A stretch of DNA of 64,000 nucleotides from Leucoraja erinacea (lineage: Eukaryota), in the NCBI RefSeq assembly GCF_028641065.1, contig NC_073404.1, positions 13,454,001 through 13,518,000 on the forward strand, written 5' to 3'. A program made the translations under genes and the position numbers. Shown piece after piece: positions 61,170 through 64,000 of the stretch (position 1 is its first letter; each line of letters opens with the position of its first letter). Under the pieces are notes generated by a model. The model was given only the letters and a program-made list of their open reading frames with translations, was not told the DNA's origin and searched no databases.

Positions 61170-64000
61170 GTAAGTACTTTGATAACATTTGTGAATAATA
61201 GTTATAGCGATGGAAACAAACCGATTCACTCCCTTTGCTAATTTTGAACAGAGAAGGAAAACCACATTCAGCTAGTCTGGCTTAGATGTGATCCAGAGCA
61301 CCAGTAATATGGATGTCTCTTTACTGTCTCTAAAGCGGATTAGCAAGCCTTTCAGTTCAAGATCAATTTGGGGCAGGCAATCAATATTAAAAATGAAGTT
61401 GATTGGCAAAAGGACAAAGTCCTTGAGAAATAATGTTTTTATAGTGTGTATTTAACATGTCTGGAATGAACTGCAAGATTTGAAGTATTCAAAAGGGAAC
61501 TGGAGGGTGTTGGAAAGGAGACATAGGAGGCTGGCGGAAAGAGTGAGACGGGCAGTTATGCAGTTATGCCAATGCAGTTCTCCTGTGCTGCACCCTCTGT
61601 GCTGAGATTTTGTCTTGCAAATTATACCTGCAAATGTTTTTAAGAAATAGCAAACCAATATGTATGGTATCCTTAAACTCCATTGATCTGCTATTTATTT
61701 TGTTGGCTATGTGGTTAGAGGGTTCGGATTGCCCACTGGTTTTCATATCTGTCCAATATGCCTGATAATTCTTATTCTGTGCCATATCGTTTGCTTCACT
61801 TTTCATCTCCTTCCTGACTGTCATGTTCCTTGGTCCTCCAAAGAGTTCCTCTACCTGCCCTATTTTGGTAATTGGGCAGAAAGGGGCCTCATGTGGCCCT
61901 CAACAGCAAACAAAATTTAGAGTCGTAGACCTATACAGCATGGAAACAGGTCCTTAGGACCTGAGCTAGTCCCATTTGCCTGTATTTCCCACAGCTCTCT
62001 AAACTTTTCTTGTCCATGTACCTTTTCATTTGTATTTTAAACGTTGTACCACCACTTTCGCTTTCAACTTGTTCCATACTCCCACCATCCTATGTGTGGA
62101 GAAACTTGCTGCCAGAGAGTGGTCCTTTTTAAAAATTTCCCCTCTCACCTTAAACCTACACCATCTAATTTTAGACTCCACTCCCCTTGACAGACCATCT
62201 TTATTATGATTTTATAAAACTCTATTCTTCTAACTCGCACATCTCAGCTTTGTTTACACCAGGGGAAAGCATCCCAGCCCATCCAGTATATCCTTATTAC
62301 TTAAGCCCTCTAGTCTCAGCAACATCCTTGTGAATCTTTTTTGTACCTTCTCCAGCTTAATTGTATCGTTCCTTATTGTATGGTGGGTAGAATTTAAAAT
62401 TCTATATAGATTCTTTCCTGTTGTGGTGAAGCTGTACAGTGACTGATTTTATTCTTTTAGAATGTTCAGTGCAGCCTTATGACAACAAAGTCTCAAGTTT
62501 GACAAAGTATAAAATGGCACTTTCTCTTTTTCTTCTGAAAGTGTGCATGAGAATGTGGCTGCAGTGTAATGTGACAATTACAAGATTGCACCTCATTGAT
62601 TAGGAATGATCATTTATTCTGAATGCATCTCACACGTAACAGCAGTCATTCGATTTGGTTTGTTTCCCCTCTGCTGAAGGATTTCCACCTTTCCCACGCC
62701 TGTAAGATGTAAGAAAAGCAAACTTCAAACAAGCCAAATATTAAAACCAAATCCCAATAAAAGCAGAGCCCATGTCTGGCATCAATAGACTACTACATGT
62801 TGAAGTGTTTTGTACACGTAAATTTCTATTTTATTTTCTCCACTTGTGAGGCTGACATGCCTGCCTCAATCGAAGAATAAGAAACATATGAGACATTTCA
62901 ATTTCACGTCTGCTCTGCAGAATGTCTGCACTTCTTTGCCCCTTCACCTTCAATCATTCAATTATTTATTAAGTAGTTTAAAAGGTTCAGTTTACATACT
63001 GTGCAATTTTGTGCCACTATAAGGTTCTATATTCTGTTTGGTGCTGCAATAATGGAAGAACACAAGTATCCCAGCACTATTAGGAGTCTGGATTTAAAGC
63101 AGGGTAGGGATTGGGGGATGTGGGCTGTGAAAGTGAGCTGGCACTTAAACAAGCAGATTCTCCAGACCGCAAAGATTTAATTTAAAATGGCTTTTGATGG
63201 TGCTGGCATTAATGCTGCCGTAACAAATTTGCAGATTGTATCAAAATCTTGATTTAAAAAAAAAATTGGCATTCCCTCCAACTGTTGGTATGTATGTACA
63301 ACAATAGAGCTACTATCTCACCGCTCCAGACTTTCAGCTTCACTCCTGACCTCCAGTGCTTTGTGTGGAGTTTGCACTATTATGAGAGGCGTAGATAGGT
63401 TAGATGGTCAGAATCTCTTTCCCCAGGAGGAAGTACTAGAAGTTTAAGATGAGGGGGAGAAAGTTTAGAGGAGATGTGCAAGGCAACTTTTTTAACACAG
63501 AATGGTGGGTGCCGGTTATGCACTGCCATGGAGGTAGTGGAAGCAACATTTAGATAGACAAATGAATACGGAATAGAAAGAATCGGCCATGTGCAGGCGA
63601 ATGGAACCAATTTAGATTATCATCAAAGTTGACGCAGACATGGTGAGCCAAAGGGCCTGTTCCTGCACTAATACTATTGTGTAACTACGTGAATTTCCCC
63701 TGATGCTCCAAGTTGTGTTGATTGACCATTTAAAATTATCCCTCGTGGGTGGGTGTTAGGAGAATTAGCAGGAGTCAATGGGCATGAAACTGAGCAGATT
63801 ATGGCACAATAAATGATGGAACGGGATTGCTCTTGAGAGCTGGCATAGACTCATTGGGCAGAATAGCCTGGCATGTTTCAAAGAATTATGACTACAAGGT
63901 CATGCAAGCAGCCAATTGTTGTGGAACTCGGCAGCATTGTTGCAGCGTGTGTTTGTCTAAAGACGACTCGTCTCCATGGATTCATCTTCCTCTTTATTTG

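Overview
Vertebrate (eukaryotic) genomic DNA; the repeat families suggest a cartilaginous fish (skate/ray-like), which is an inference. Two spliced + strand genes were reconstructed by hand from GT-AG junctions and phase. TSR1 (pre-40S assembly factor) is complete: 15 coding exons, 2405-23432, 2427 nt, 808 aa. SMG6/EST1A (NMD endonuclease) has exons 1-8 (39127-61169, 921 codons) and continues beyond the window. Introns and the intergenic interval contain Penelope-like (GIY-YIG) retroelements, CR1, Rex1, RTE and L2 LINE fragments, tRNA-derived SINEs, a dead Tc1 element with nested insertions and a hAT MITE. Four observations stand out. (1) An orphan, still-open PDIA4-like thioredoxin exon (CEHC) with its own donor site and intron sits in TSR1 intron 7, apparently retro-captured via a CR1 tail. 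(2) The Penelope terminal repeats carry minimal hammerhead ribozyme cores (CTGAAGA-stem II-GAAAC-GTH). (3) Those repeats repeatedly form fold-back inverted dimers, one with a 46-bp perfect stem. (4) No recognisable SRR gene lies between TSR1 and SMG6, and no SNORD91-like guide was seen in TSR1 introns. Most short ORFs in the supplied track are spurious.
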